Below, piece after piece: positions 1-10,692 of a DNA stretch of 64,000 nucleotides. Made by a program: the position numbers and the translations under genes. Origin of the DNA: Chara braunii (Eukaryota > Plantae > Charophyceae). The notes below the pieces were generated by a model. It did not search any database. It saw only the letters and a list, made by a program, of their open reading frames with translations, and was not told where the DNA came from. Every line of letters begins with the position of its first letter. Positions within the stretch are counted from its first letter, which is position 1. Where the stretch lies: the NCBI GenBank assembly GCA_003427395.1, contig BFEA01000015.1, positions 5,939,027 through 6,003,026 of the forward strand, given 5' to 3'.

Positions 1-67
<67 letters not shown>
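1..67. repeat. (GA)n microsatellite
   Basis: Perfect GA dinucleotide run from the window start. Confidence 0.98.
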
Positions 68-69
<2 letters not shown>

Positions 70-535
70 ATTGTCATCATCATAATCATCTTGCTAAACC
101 TTCTTCCCCCGAACACAACACCTACTTTTTATGACTGTATCTAGTCAGGAACACACGTCAAATACATTCATGATGACTGAGTTCTTCCCTCCTCCTCACC
201 CTTCCCTAGCACGTAGCTCATACATACGGATTCTTGAACGTATTGGGGCGACGATCCTGGCTAGATGCAGTCATACTGGCCACCATTACCACCATATGCG
301 CTGGTGTCTGAATGAGCAATGCAGCGATTTCTCTGAGAAAACAATAAAGATGAGAACCCCCCCAGTACACGGCCCTGGCCTTGTGGAGAAATCTTTCATC
401 ACCTACAAACATTTTGGACGCTCTGGGCTACTGGACCACAATGGCTGGCGGCACCAGCCAGAAATGAAAAAAGAAGTGCGCCGCTGGTGGTTCTGCAAGG
501 CTTGGCGCGCAGTGTAAGGCCGTCAGGCCCAGGTG

Positions 536-625
536 TACTGGTGGTTTAAAATTTCCCTCCTTTGGAGGTTTTCCGTCTGTTACTGGTGGTTTAAAATTTC
601 TCTCCTTCGGAGGTTTTCCGTCTGT
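536..625. repeat. 45-bp tandem duplication
   Basis: tactggtggtttaaaatttcYctccttYggaggttttccgtctgt occurs at 536-580 and 581-625. Confidence 0.9.
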
Positions 626-809
626 TTATATTTACAACGGGCCTGTACTAGCAGGCTCTTTCCTTAGCTATGGTAGAATATATTTTTTTCTAATTCTCCT
701 TTCTATCCTTCTTTTGCTTTGCTCTTCCTGATTGTTAGGGTATTTTGTTTTACGGACCTACTGTATGTTTCCGTTTTTTCAAGTGTTGGTTATGGTAGAT
801 GGTATTTTT

Positions 810-1270
810 GGTACTCTTTGTCTGCATCCCGGGTTGGTTTTGTCTCGTTGTTCGGTCCACGTGGCGGTGGTTTCATGTGGGTTGTTCGGTCCAGGAGGCG
901 GTGGTTTCGTGTGGGACTTGTCATCCGGGTTTTTCTTTTTGGCATCCGAGTTGGCTGGTTCCCGGTGTTTGGCCTATCGAAGGGGGCGGTGCTTTTAGGT
1001 GGGAATCGTCAACTGGGATTGTGTTTATATAATTGTTTTTGCAGGAAAGGGTGTTGATTGCTATCCTGGTTGGTCTTGTCCCATCGTTTGGCCTGTGAAG
1101 TAGGGGGCGGTGCTTGCATGTGGGACTTGTCATCTAGGATCTGTTATGTTTGTTTTTTGGCACCCTTGTCTGCATCCCGGTTGGTTTTGTCCCGTTGTTC
1201 GGTCTATTTTGGCAAGCGTAGCGGTGCTTTCATGTGGGACCAGTCATCCGAGTTTTTCTGTTGTTCGGCC
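810..1270. repeat. Degenerate ~110-130 bp tandem repeat
   Basis: Recurring gcatcc(c)ggttggtt...tcgttgttcggtc...ggcggtg(c/g)tt(t)catgtgggac blocks, about 4 copies. Confidence 0.6.
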
Positions 1271-1310
1271 TATGAGGGCATGAATGTTTTAGGAATGGGA
1301 ATACTGACGT

Positions 1311-3274
1311 TGTCGCACCAAACACCCTTACAAGGGTATTTGGCGTGTTTTCTGCAAGTTACACCAGTGCAGCCTCGCTCGTTCGACGGCGAGCACGTGA
1401 GAGAAAGCTCGGGTCCTTGTCTGGGTGAGCGGCGCGCGTGGGGTATTGATGGCGAGGCGCAACCATGCGCAGCTGGGTGTGCGCGGCGTCGCGAACCAGC
1501 GGGATGTGCGGCATTCATTTTCGGTTTTATTATTTATTTATTTATTTATTTGTTTTTATTATTTTTTTCCTCGGTAATCGGTTCTAAGGCCGACGCCGGG
1601 CACGGAGGCCGAAACGACAGTCAAAGATCTTGAGCACGGTCGTCGAGACTCCGGCATGGCCGAGGCGTTGACAGAATCCTGACTGCGTGGGAACATGGAC
1701 CTAGGAGGTCAACGGGTATGAAGGCCAGTGGATGCTTGGCCCACGGCGGGGGGGGGGAGCGGTAATGGTGGGGTCCGTGGTTGTGGCTTCCCTCTCGTTC
1801 TACTTGGAGAGCGTCGATAGCCTAAAGTGGAAGGGAATAGGAGAACATTCCGAGTGGACCTATGTGGCTGCAGCCTGAGGGCAGCTAGTGACGCCGCGGG
1901 CACACGGCCCGGCACCCGCCGCTTGCTGTCAAAGGCTTAAGTGTGAGCATGCTCGCTCGGGCCCGGCAGACAGGGATTGTACCCAGATGCCGTGGGGCAA
2001 AGTGGCCAAGGGGCACTAAGGGAAGACCGCAATGGTGCAGCGGTAGGTGGCCAGGCTGCTGGACACGGCAGGCTGGATGTCTGCTACTATCATCAGGACC
2101 TGTACCAGGGCTCGTCTTACCTGGGCCGGTCCTCCATCTTGCAGCAGGCCCTACGCCTTCCCACTCGCCGAAGGGTCGGCGCCCTTGTAGGCTGGGTGCT
2201 GTAGGGCCGTCGGCCCTCAGTACTGATCAAGCCAGCCGGTAAAGTCCTACACACTCTTCATCGGACTTCGATTACGTGACTACAGTTCTACTGCCTGTGT
2301 CGGCGGGCGCTGCTGTGATGTTTGGGTCGTTGTGCAAACTCGGCGCAGGCGGAAAAAAAAAAAAAAGAGAGAAAAAAGGGGGGATGAATCAAGACGACGG
2401 GCCTTCCGGATATATGCAGAGGAGGAAACGAGCTATGGCAGGATTGAGTGGAAGTGGGAAAGAGAAGAAAACGACGAACTCGCCCATAACTCGATGGAAA
2501 TGGGCGATGGAAATGGGTGAGGAAAGAGGTGATTCGGGGGTATTGACCCCAGACGAGCGTGAATCTGAAATTAGTTTAGTTAGTAAGTCAGTAGCTTAGG
2601 AGATAGTTGAGAAAGGAGATGCGTGGGGATTGAGGGGAGCGACGATGGCAGGGATGGCAAAACAAAGAGTTCACTCGATCCTGCACGGAATCGAGGGAAC
2701 CAAGATGCGAATCTGGGGTTCTAGCCCCGGGCGAGCGCGACGGTCGAGTTAATTTTTGCAGTAAGATAGTAAGTCAGAAGCTAGTAAGGATTTGGACAGT
2801 GCCGAACTTGGAGATATGGATATGGAGGAGAGAGGGAAGAAGCATATGGCAATCAATTGTAAGTAGAATCGAATGAAGGAAGTATCGATTTGGGGTCATT
2901 GGACTATGACAAAGTTGATGGTAAACTCAGATTCTAGTTCCTATGAGTTGGTTTGGCGGGGCTGTTGTCTGGGGCTGCGCACGAAAGGGAAAAGTTAAAA
3001 TGGGAATGTATCTTTCCGTGTTTTAGCGGAAGATTCGTTCTCTTTTTGCACGTTTCGAAGAGAGTGCACATCTGCGCACGAGAGAACAGATAGGGGGTAG
3101 GAGCGAGATCAGAGCAGGAGATTACAACGAGAGGAGCGTTTGGCCAAAAAGGATGGGCTGAACCCTGACGCAAAGTTGCACTGGGTGCATTCGAAGATTG
3201 GCATGGCGGAGAAGAAAAGGATGACGGGTATGGTTGAACGAGATTTTTTGCCTAGCCTGATCGATTGTCAACGG
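1311..3274 (+). mobile_element. Older LTR related to element A, left part (interrupted by element A)
   Basis: Starts TGTCGCACCAAACACCCTTACAAGGGTATTTGG, homologous to the element A LTR start TGTCGGCCCGAATACCCTTACAAGGGTATTTGG. Confidence 0.7.
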
Positions 3275-6200
3275 TGTCGGGCCGAATACCCCTTACAAGG
3301 GTATTTGGGCACATTTTCGCAGCGCTCAGGAAGGACGGGCCTGACGATATCTGAGGGCGCGCCCCATTTATATTGATTAGAGAGTGTGTGGGCGTGCAGT
3401 TCGTGGGCACGCGTTAGCCTGACCGAGCCAGGGTCGGGGAAGGCCATGCGACGCCGGTAGAACAAGTGTAGGCGGCCGCAGCCTCGCACATACGAGCGAA
3501 GTTACAAGCGGCGTCGCGTTGACCAGGTAGGAGTGTGACTAAAGAGGAGTGTGGTCCGACTTGCGGGGGACCGGCGTATAAAGGCCGTGCCAGGTAAAAG
3601 TTACGTGGGCACTAGGATGCCGCTGCACCAACGATAGTAAAAGTCGCCACGGGTGCTAAGCAAGGGGGGCACTAAGTAGAGCAACAAGCGGGGGTTTCCT
3701 CGACCGAGAGGCGGTAGGCAGGCGTCGTGGCAGGCCATGAGAGGCTCGGCCCGCCGCCCTGCCGTGGTTGAGCCGGCGCGTGTAGTGCGCCAGCGGAGCC
3801 GTGCCTTCAAGATTGCCAAGTATGGCCTTAGGGAGCCAAGGACGCAGGCCGCAGGTGGGAGAAACAGCCTGGGGTACCGTTTGCAGGCCCGGGCTGGCTG
3901 GCCATACTATCCATATGGAGGATTGCGCCTGCTCCACCCAGGCTTGGGCTCAGCCCTATTGGTTACGGTGCCAGACTCTCACCAGGCAGATTCCGGGATC
4001 GAGGCCAGCAGCAAGCGAGGAGGAGCATTATGGAGTGAACCGAGGGGTTGAGGGTCCTGCAGGACTATCCCTTTTGGTTTTGATGAGGGAAGCCAGTCGC
4101 GGGCCCGTGAGGGTAGGACCAGGTACAAACGGTCCCCTCCCCCGTCCCTTTCTTTATGTTTTTTTTTTTTTTTTTTTTCTGAGTTGTATTTTTTTTTTTT
4201 TTTTTTTCTATTTCTACCTTTTTTTTTGTTTTGGGAGGAGGCCCAGTGTCGATGCCGGGACCTGCAGCGAGCCCACCGGCCTAGTTCCGCCACGAACTGC
4301 CGGGGGGGGGCTGTTGTCGAAGTATAGTCCTTTGGAACATCCGTCAAAATTGGAACGGTACCGAGGAGATTAGCATGGCCCCTGCGCAAGGAGGACATGT
4401 ATAAAGCCGGGAGCAGCCCGACGTGTTGATGTTGCTGTGGCATGCGGTGGGCTGCCGGCTGCTGTACGATCCCTCGGCCAAATTGGTCACTGGGCACTGC
4501 GTTGTAGAGGCGGGTGGAGCCCAACACGGCGATCGCTGCGAAGGTGCGAGAAAGAGTAAGGTGCTAAAAGGAGAGACTGTACCTGGACAGGCAAGAGCGT
4601 CGGGTGCAGGTGAGGACGACGGGGAGGACTCGTAAACGGGCAGGGCTGACTGGGTTGAGCTAGCAGGAAGGGCAGAGTGACACAGCGGGAGTGACCATGC
4701 TAGAGCAACAGCAGAAAAAAAAGAAGCAGGGAACGAGCTGTACCTGGACGGGAAACAACGCCGGGTGCAGACGAAGGTGAAGGAGGAGATGGCGGAAGGT
4801 AGCTAGGCAAAAAAAAAAAAAAGAAAAAAAAAAAAAGGAAAAAACGAACTCACCTGTCTCTGAATGGTAGTAGAGGAAGGAGTGGACGAGAGAAAGTTAG
4901 CTTAAGAAAGCGCAGCTCCGGGAGGCGGGAAAAAACTGAAAAACAAAGACAACAAGAGGTGAACCTGGACGCAGATTCGAGCGAGGTACGTTCAAAAGAG
5001 AGAGGGGGAAAGGAGAGTTGGAAGGGATATAACTCGCTCATTCCTAAACGAAATAGAGCGAGCCGGACATTGAACCTGGTGGTTTGGGGGCAGGCGACCA
5101 TGAATCCGAGCTCAGAATTGGACGAGAGTTAGGGAATGGTGAGCTAGATAAGAAATAACGTGCGCGGAGGAGGCCGGGAGCTATGGGGGAGAAGAGGGTA
5201 GTCATCAGATCCTTGGCCGTTTGTGGCAATCTAAGATGGTAAGTGGGGGGTTTGAGGCCTTCTGAAGGCATTGGACGAATCAGAATTGTGATCTGAGCAG
5301 CGGTTTGGGCGGGTGGAGCGCCAGGGGCTGTGCGACTGTGTGAAGCAGCTGAAGATGGTGAATGCATCCTCCCATGTTCAGGCGGGAGATCCATTNTCGT
5401 CNTNCGAGCAACGAAGCGGGCNGACCCTTATGCTGTNCGTTCCTACTCNTAGTTGAGAGCCGTTCTGCTCAGTTTCGCGCCGCCAGCGAGGTCTCCTCTG
5501 ACGACCTTGTTGCTCGTTGCGCTATCATAACCGCCTCNGCCGAGGAAGGGCAGTGACTATGTTATAAGCATNGTTACAAACACTGGTCGAAGTAAAAGCN
5601 GTTTTCCTCCATNAGAACCTGCCCCCAACACTCNTCGGCATCNCAATNTTCNTATGGCATANGGAAGAGAGCCTTGAGGGGGACTTGAGGGGGTGAGGGG
5701 AACTCGGCNACGAAGGAAGCACCAAGGGAGAGGAAGAAAGGTCGGAAGCACATATAAGGAAGGATGGGAGCTGACGGGGGAAAAAGAAGGAGAAGTTGGT
5801 GCATCTGTTGTCGTGGGGAGTCTTCGTANAAAGGGCCGGTNCCGATAGCGCCCGCGGGTGGGGAGCAACTGCCCATCGCCCTGCTGACTTCCGGTGGACC
5901 GATGCACCCGNCCACTTTTCTAGCGGATGGTTCACTCCGAATCCGCTCGTCCAGCAGATGGGAGTGACGCGAGGACCAGTGGAAGGGTTGGAAGCTTACT
6001 TGTTGACCTCGGGCAGTCGGATGCCGAGAGGAAGGCAGGGGAATACGTACCTGGACCTCTTCTGCAGGAAGGTCCACTCTCGTCCCTGCCGTTAGTAGGT
6101 GGCAGTTGCGGCCCAATCCTGATATTCCGGCATCTCGGTTGTCCCGGAATGGTCGAAGTTTCACCTTCGACAGACCACGCTGGGTCATGTGCACTAGAGA

Positions 6201-8945
6201 AGGGAGGTTGGGCTTCCCGGTGTTGCAGGGGTGCTTTTGCTAATTCGGTTGTTGTGCCCTTTGCTGCCGCAGAGACGGCCAAATGGAGGTCTGGTAAGTA
6301 GGGTGTTCAGAGAGTGGCTGCGCCTCACGGTACCACAGCTGCGGTTCCAGCTACCGCGACCTTCTTGCTTGGCCCCTGCTGTCGGTGCTGATCCACGCTG
6401 CAGCAACTATCACCAGACAGAAGAGGAGGAGGGAAGATCTATCTGGTGGGCTGTGGGGTCATAATTTCTTTGACGTGCTGCTTATAATTGTTGAAGGGGT
6501 GGAAGTTATCGGACTATTGCTGCATGTGCGCCAGGGCCCTAGATTTCTCGTCCAGACACAGAAGCGGGGTGTCTTGGGTGTTGCAGTCCCAAACCCTATA
6601 GACTGGCATACCAGCGAAGGCGGCTGCTACGGGCTGCTCCTGACTTGCTGGATGGTAGTTGGACCATCTGAGGTAAGCACTGTACACAATGCTGACTGTG
6701 TACTGCTGTGCTACTGGGCATCCTGCCTCAAGCGGCATACGGGCTATTCTGGTGCACAACATTGGAAGGGTTTTGGTGAACTCCTGACTGTCACGATGCC
6801 ATCGATGTGACTGCTGAAACGTGGGCTACTACACTACATTTCCGTTGTGTATTGTTGGGTCTCGAATAGGCTACGAAGCTGTATCAAAATTAAACCCGGA
6901 CCTGTCTGCCAGTGACTGCCACATTCAACAACGTCACATANTTGGACAAGCTTGATGAAGAGAGAGAGTGTCTGCGACATGAATGTGGAATGTTTTTCGT
7001 CCTTCAAGTCTGATCCGATTAATTGAGTAGTGTGGGCTNGCTTCTGACAGCCTGTGTGTGTGGACCGTGGTGGGCTGTTTTTCTTTCTCCCCCCTCCCCT
7101 CGTGAGTGGAGTGGCGGTANTTACCTNAGGCAGCATGGTCCGTAATCACATCAGAAATTTNTTTTAATAGGTNTGTTCGCTGCGGTGTATCTGCCTATCT
7201 CTTNNTGGAAGATTCCCTCTCATATTGCATAACTGACAGGCCGGATAGACTGGGCACCTCCAAAAGCTATAACTAGAACTGAAGGAATAGGGGAGAGNGG
7301 AGGAGACTCCCAAAAATTTAGGTGGAAGTGTTGACGACGAGGGTGGGACTCTTGGAAATTCTTGGTGCCAATTGACTTGGGGAGAGACAGTAGTTAGATC
7401 TAATTTTTGTTACAGATTGTACTTTCGACGTTAAGTGCACCCGCTGTGTACCCTCGTCGCCAGGCTCAGGTGGCAGTGCCCCTCATGATTGTTATCTTGA
7501 ATCCCAACCTTGCCTCATTGGGACTGTCACAAGGAGGATCACTATCTTTGACCTGAGCTGGTGGGCCAGCTAAGTGGTGAGTACTAGGTAGCTGGCATGA
7601 GTGCTTGGTGTAGTGCTACTGCAGGCCGCGGGGTCTATTCGGTGGCAATACATCTGTAATCGGGACTGATCAGTGAGTTGCTGCTGTCTAAGTATTGTAG
7701 ATAAGTAATATATATATATTTTTTTCTTTCCTTTTTTTTTCTTTTTTTTCCTGATATCTTGATGTAGGCCGCAGTTCCAGCATTGGCCTGTTACTAAGGA
7801 CAGTGCGGTGTTAGAGGCCAAGACAGAGGCAGGGGTTTTGAAGGGCACTGCTTAGACTTGAAGGGGTGTTTGTCTTAGCGGCAGCGACTGCCATCACCAA
7901 GGGCCACTGTTTTTTCTAAGAGCGGTACAGCAGGGCAGCGAGCTGTCAGACTGCTGCTGTAAGGCTACTGTACTACTGAGTTGCTGCTCCAGTACTTCGG
8001 TGTGTTCCAACTGTGTACCACTGTGGGTTACCAAGCCCCCGTTGAAGTGCACTGTATACTATGGCCAGTTGGGGGAGTCAGGAAGCCGNTGTAGGTCACT
8101 GAGGTTCGGACTATTGCAAGTACAGCCCCCTCTCTCAATCTACGGGGGCAGTAGCGACCCATTTTCGATATCATCAATAGGGTCGTTCACCGTCCGCCTT
8201 GTCGCCAGGCCCGACAAGTCGTGGTGCCACCCTAGCGGGCGGTACACTATCACGCTGATTATATGNGATCGCTGCGAGGAAACCAGTCTGTTGGAAATCG
8301 ACGGCGACTATTGCATTGAGTAAAGCCAGGGTGTGCTCTGTTCAAACGTAGCATTCTTGTGACTCAGAGCAGNAGTTCGGACGGAGGGGGACCACCGGGA
8401 GGTGGCGGTTCCCAGCAGCAGGCTGTGGGGAGTTTTTGGGTAGCTGCTGTAGCATCTTTGTTGGAAATATTACAGTAGCTACCACTACTGTTGAAAAGAG
8501 CTGCGGAGCCACCTTGTGTTAGGCCTGGTATGCTGCTGTAGTTTCGCTGAAGGGTTTCGCTGTGCGCGTGGTTGTCCACTAGCTCTACACGACTGTGTAC
8601 TGAGGAACGGGGGCAGCCATAGCACCAGGACTGTGGCCTCCAGAGGCTGGGGGCTGTATAAGCGTTAAGAGTGCTATAGTGGATTAGTTACCAGCGTTGT
8701 TGCAGGTTATAGCTGTGTTGTGCACCATTCTGAACGCTGCCGCAGTGCAGGGCGTTGTTCGGCACTGCTGTCGTGCAGAGCACTACTCATTGTTGTGCGC
8801 CATTCCTGTTCGTTCTTACGGCGGGGTCGTTACGGCGACTAAGGAGGTTGGCAAGGGACTGTCATTCTACATTTTGGCCGCAAGTTGGACACCTTCACTG
8901 CGCTACTGGCCACCATTGCGGGGCCCTCAGGCGTATCGAGATGAC

Positions 8946-9166
8946 GAGGCCCTCTCACTGTGAGTTGAGTGCACCTCTCTTGGATCTCGAGAGTCTGACT
9001 TTTCTTTCGCTATCCTTCTNAGTCTAAGTNTGGTCTTTGGTTACGAGAGGAAGGCGGCAGGNGGGATTGCAACCCGTAGGACCGCGCCAAGGCCTCTGTG
9101 GGAGGTTGCCCCACCGATTGCGGGAGCTCTGCCGGGACCNAGGCGGGGTTCTNGAGGCAGAGAACT
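8946..9166 (+). ncRNA. Putative structured cis-RNA element in LTR A (copy at 26494-26714, homolog at 31360-31580)
   Basis: Block strongly conserved with the diverged LTR; helices show compensatory changes (GGCCUC/GAGGUU vs AGACUC/GAGUCU; GGGACCN/GGGUUCU vs GGAACUC/GAGUUCU). Confidence 0.6.
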
Positions 9167-9487
9167 TCAAGTATAACCTCGTTAACCCGTGTCATCCCTT
9201 CCCCTATTTGTTATCCCCTGGGTACCTGAATATGTATATGAAAGGCTATTACCTTTTGTTTTGCTATGTATGTCAGGACATGCTTTGCCTAAAGGTGAAA
9301 TGAACATGTACATATGAGAGATCAGATAACTCTTGAGCGAATTCAGACAGAATGAACAGGGGGAAGGTGGGAGAAAGATGGTTGCATGTGTTTGACCGGG
9401 TCAACCCAAGGTTGAGCTCCTCTTAGCTGATGTGGGCTCAGTGCTGTGTTTTGTTTATGTTTGCTGGGCTGCTTGTATGGTTTTGAG

Positions 9488-10692
9488 GGCTGGGCCTATC
9501 CTAAGTTGGACGGACCAGCCGCTGTTTTTTTCTGGGGTTTCTGAATAGGAGGATGGGCACCCTAAGTTGGGATGTCTCAGAATCCTGGTGTTTTTTTTCT
9601 ATGGGTTGCTGAAAACAGGACTGGGAACACTGTTAAGTTGTGTGGACTCAGTTCTGCGTGTTTTTTTTTTCTGGGGGGGAGCACCGGCATGAGGCTGAGC
9701 GTACCCTTAAGTTAGGGCGGTTCAGTCATAAGCCACGAACATAATGGTCAATCTCAAGTATACAATTTTGATATATACCATGCGAACCTATACCATCTGG
9801 CAGGCGGGACACCCTAAGTTGGGAAAGCCAGTCAGTAAGTCAGGTAGAACAATAAGAGGAGAAAAGCAATGAAGAATATAATGAAGGTAACCTGGGCAGG
9901 CTGAGCGTACCCTTAAGTTAGGGCGGCTCGGTCCTATGCTCGTAATAAGACAAAGGATCAGCGAGTTAGTATGAACTTGTTTTATTTTTCCTTCTAAATA
10001 CGAGGCAGGGTTGGATGTCTCCCTAAGTTGGGTAGGTCTGATCATCTGTCTAATAAGAGAGAAACACAAAGTTTGTGCATGCATCAATGGTGTGGTTTTC
10101 ATATGATTGTCGTTACGGAGGCTAAGCGTACCCTTAAGTTAGGGCGGCTTAGTCATATGTCGTTGTGCTTTGTTCACGCAGATTCTGTCTTATGTAACTA
10201 TATTGTTTAGGCCAGCCAGGCGTACCCTTAAGTTAGGGCGGCCTGGTGATAGGCTCTTGTCGTTGATGTGATGTTGGTTGGACGTACCCTTAAGTTAGGG
10301 CGGTCTGACCATTCGTCGTTCGTGCTTGTTCTAGGCAGGTTAGGCACACCCCTAAGTTGGGCCGGTCTGACCATTCGTCGTTCGTGCTTGTTCTAGGCAG
10401 GTTAGGCACACCCCTAAGTTGGGGCAGTCTAATCCTATGCCCTATGTAACTTGTGTAAGGCTGGCTAGACATACCCTTTAGTTAGGGCAGTCTAGTCTTA
10501 TGCTTCATGTCGTCAGTATAAGCTGAAGCCAGGCATACCCTTAAGTTAGGGCGATCTGGTCATATGCTTTATGACTAAAGTTTATCTGGAGTTGGGCATA
10601 CCCTTGAGTTAGGGCAGTCCAGTTGTGCGTACCTTGTTTATTTAGGCAGGTTGGACATACCCTTAAGTTAGGGCCTTGTCTGATCCTATGCC
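9488..10692 (+). repeat. Array of 16 stem-loops with TAAGTT loop
   Basis: Loops start at 9502, 9563, 9634, 9708, 9815, 9914, 10024, 10135, 10229, 10291, 10353, 10415, 10478 (TTAGTT), 10542, 10605 (TGAGTT), 10664. Most are closed by CCC(T)/(A)GGG above a variable but pairing lower stem. Confidence 0.9.

Noticed and set aside
131-517. 128-aa ORF as a host gene
   Set aside because: No recognisable motif and no supporting context; cannot be supported from sequence alone.
9045-9166. Group I intron, HDV-like or hammerhead ribozyme
   Set aside because: ATTGCGGGA and CCGCAGC resemble group I P/Q elements but are in the wrong order, with no R/S elements; HDV topology does not fit; no CUGANGA/GAAA core.
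9488-10692. CRISPR array
   Set aside because: Repeats are not sequence-identical (only loop and upper stem are fixed), spacing varies from 59 to 111 nt, two spacers are duplicates, there are no cas genes, and the context is a eukaryotic LTR.
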